A stretch of 64,000 bases of DNA from the NCBI GenBank assembly GCA_013239625.1, contig MU057340.1:2295289-2359288 (forward strand). The letters are read 5' to 3'. The notes below the pieces were generated by a model. It was given only the letters and a program-made list of their open reading frames with translations. It was not told the DNA's origin and did no database searches. Made by a program: the position numbers and the translations under genes. How positions within the stretch are numbered: position 1 is the first letter of the stretch; the number at the start of each line of letters is the position of its first letter. Below are positions 61,070-64,000 of this stretch, piece by piece. Origin of the DNA: Lama guanicoe. Its lineage: Eukaryota.

Positions 61070-61470
61070 AGTTTGTGTGGCGTAGGGTGACATGTAGAAA
61101 ACCTGACGACAGTGGCTTAGCTGAATGGCAGGTTATTCTCCTCATGTGAATCCAGAGGAAGGCAGTTCAGAATCCTGCCAGGGCCCTGGACTTCTAGCTT
61201 TTGCTTCTCCATCCTCAGTGAGTTTCATGGTCAGGCTCAGAGGACTGTTGCTCCACCTCCGGGCTTGGCATCCCACACACATGGTAGGCAGAAATGGGAA
61301 AAAGGTCAGAGCACTCCCTGCTTGCATCTCCTTGGCTGGTCTGGTTCACATGGCCACCTCTAGTTGCAGAGGAGCCCTGGGAGCCAGGCAGCCTGAACCA
61401 GCATACTGCTGTCCCACCAGAACTGGAGTTCTCCTGGCAACGGACAGGAGAGTGGATCTTGCAAGGGGTA
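61070..61470 (-). mobile_element. Old MaLR LTR (MLT1J/K-like)
   Basis: cagtggcttag ... ctccatcctcag ... tcacatggccacctctagttgcagaggag. Confidence 0.6.
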
Positions 61471-63099
61471 TGGGGGCAGTGGGGAAGCACAAGGAATGTC
61501 CACCACTCATTGCTTTTTGCCCGTCATCCAGCAGACCTGTGCAAGGATGGCAAACTTAACTGCTTCATTGGCCTCGGAGAAACAGATTGGGGAAGAGAAT
61601 TTTCTCCGTGTTTCCTGCTGCCTTTCTCTCTCACTGTCTGGGATGAAAGTGATCGTCTTGTATTTGATTTCTTTCTATTGCCAGAAAGACTTTAAAACTG
61701 TCTTCTGCTATGTGCAGCATCATTGTGCTATTTGATTTCCCTGCCAGGACCTAAGTGTTCACTTTCCACGCTGGTGCAAAGGCCTTCCAATGCTGCTGCA
61801 GCGACAGGCTACAGAATAGGGGACCTTTTTAATTCAAAGAGGAGCACAAGCCCTTTGTGCATTCATGTTGGTTAAGTGTATGGTGAGATGTTCTGTCTGA
61901 GAAAGATGACCTTCCTTGGCTGCCCAGGTTACTTGTGTTTCTGGAATTTTCTGCTCATGGGTGGGTGGCAGTTGTGTGGAAACTGGTAAGTGGTGACAGC
62001 CACCCAGGCATTGGCCTATGTGCTGTGTGGGTAAGGTGTGTGTGTGCATGCCTGGCCACACATTTTAATGTGCTTCATTGTTTGCCGTGATGACGGAACA
62101 AGCTGGGTTTATTTTTGAGCCATCTCAGCTGCCTTGTGACCATCAGAACCTCAGCACCCACCTTGATTTATAGCTAGCCCACTTGAGTCAGAGATCTGGT
62201 AAACCTCGTTTGGGTCTGCTTTTTTTCTTTTGATCAGGATGTCCTTCTCTCTGCCTTGAAGAAGCTCTGGGCTGCCTTTAATCCGTTCCTTTTAGGATCT
62301 TGTTTGTACTTGATTCCTGGTTTTCCTTCTTCAACCAATTTTTCTTTTTCTCAAGTGTTTGACACTTAGCTGAGTGAGGCTGTCAAAATGTTTTCCTTCT
62401 CTCATTAGCATAGCCCGTCTTAGCTTGGTATTCTGTGTGTTTGTGGTGGTTTCTTTGTTTAATCTGCCGAGCCACAGATTAACAGCCAGACCTCCCCCAC
62501 TCCCCCTCACACATCTCCTGTACAGAACACAGATAGAAAAAATTAGTTTCAGAAAGCATTCTAGACATTTCACAGCACTGAAGAGGACTGGCTGCCTGCT
62601 TCACAGACTGGAGGTGGTGTGTCTTTGGATGGTGGGTTGCCATGGTGACCGTGTGCAAGCTAATGCATCCTGGGCAGGGGGGAGGGTGCCTGGCTGTCGG
62701 ACCCCCATTCTGTCCTTCAGAAATGTCTTATTTCTTACTGCACTCTTGGGATTGGCGTTGGACTCTCCAAGCACACAATGGATGTGCGCAGGTGGAGATG
62801 GCTTTGTCAGCTGTGCCCTTACCTCAGGTATTTGCTTATGCGTCTCTGTCACATTCCAGTATCAGGTGTCTCCTTGTCTTCCGGCCTCTCTTATTTTCTA
62901 CACAGCACTGCATTGGAGATGAGGGATCAAATAAAGGAAATTCAGATGTGTTAAGACATCACTGACTTGAAAATGCTGGAGATGAAAGAAATATTTATTA
63001 TTTAGAGTTGTTTTTATTTTGTTCTGGGTTTTTTTTTTCCTTTTCTTTTTGAAATAGGTTGGTTGTATGATAAGGGTGTTAGGAGTGGTGATATTTTCC

Positions 63100-63275
63100 A
63101 TTTCTTAGGGACCTACTATGTTCAAGAAACTTATCATGTGTTGTCACATTGGATCCTCATAGCAATTCCCAAAGGTGTACAATTATTCTTACTCTACAGA
63201 TGAGAAAAATGAGGCTCAGGGAGGTTAGGTAACTTGCCTAAGATCACACAGCAACCCAGTGAAATGCAGAATATT
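63100..63275 (-). mobile_element. MIR SINE
   Basis: tacagatgagaaaaatgaggctcagggaggttaggtaacttgcctaagatcacacagc (MIR core). Confidence 0.88.
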
Positions 63276-63629
63276 TCTCAGTCAAGTACCATGAACCATC
63301 CTGATATACACAGTAGTCATGAAGTATGTATGTTGCATGAATGAATTCAGCTGCTACTGATGAGGTCTGCAGAGGGCCTATGAATACTGATATGAATGTA
63401 TAATTCAACATACCTTCTAATTAGAAAAGTAGATCATTGGTGTTTACATGTAGCTGTTCCCATTAGTTTACGTGACCACCTGGAATGCCTGCTCAGCATT
63501 GATCAGTGTGTCCATCAAACTCTTTCTTCATAAGCAGCAGATGTCAACTTTGAGCCAGCCCCCTCGGAGTCACAAATTCTGAGTTGCCATTCTCTTTGTT
63601 ACAAAGGTTGGGCTCCTGGGTGAAACCTG

Positions 63630-64000
63630 TGCAAATAACTCTAATTAATATACCAATAGAATTTTATTGAGAACTTGATAGAGTGATACCTAAGTTGATT
63701 TGGAAAAGTAAATATGCAGAAACAACAGATATTGCTGCTGAGGAAGGGCTAGTATAACCAGAATAACAATGAAATTTAAATTGAAGACATTAAAATACAA
63801 CAGAATAATGCAAGGCTTGATCAGTGAAAGCAACAGACCAGAAACAGCCTCCTCCTCCAACCATTGTATCTATAAAAAGTGGGCATACAATACGGCAGAT
63901 CTCATAACTACCTAGAATTATAATAACATTAAGCTATGCTTTTACATCAAAAATACAGTGCATATGGAAGTTTAAAGTAAAAGTTAACATCTTTTCTTCC
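63630..64000 (+). mobile_element. Ancient L1 ORF2 remnant
   Basis: gaacttgatagagtgatacctaagttgatttggaaaagtaaa, followed by A-rich sequence. Confidence 0.5.

Noticed and set aside
62374-62922. 182-aa ORF
   Set aside because: Non-ATG start, no domain similarity, no convincing splice boundaries.
1-64000. CRISPR array, operon-like or other novel multi-gene system
   Set aside because: Mammalian repeat-rich DNA with no regularly spaced repeats and no intact long ORFs. Nothing supports such a system.

Overview
Mammalian non-coding DNA, almost certainly camelid (Camelus/Vicugna/Lama): it carries six copies of the camelid tRNA-Ala-derived Vic-1-type SINE and several lineage-type L1 3' ends. A large part of the window is interspersed repeat (old and young L1, L2, MIR, MaLR/ERVL/ERV1 solo LTRs, hAT MITEs), with two dinucleotide microsatellites and three N gaps. 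I recognise no cellular protein-coding exon, RNA gene or processed pseudogene. The only ORFs with recognisable homology are decayed L1 ORF2 pieces. The mostly antisense LTRs and SINEs suggest a large intron of a + strand gene that I cannot name. I found no evidence for a new biological system. The best leads are modest: an apparently internally primed L1 insertion with a target-site duplication (TSD), a frame-preserving candidate exon whose donor lies in an L1 tail, a compact NF-kB/CRE/E-box cluster, a CTCF-like motif in MER20, and a cluster of three ERV1 LTRs. Repeat subfamily names come from recalled consensus sequences, not a database search. Boundaries without a TSD are approximate.
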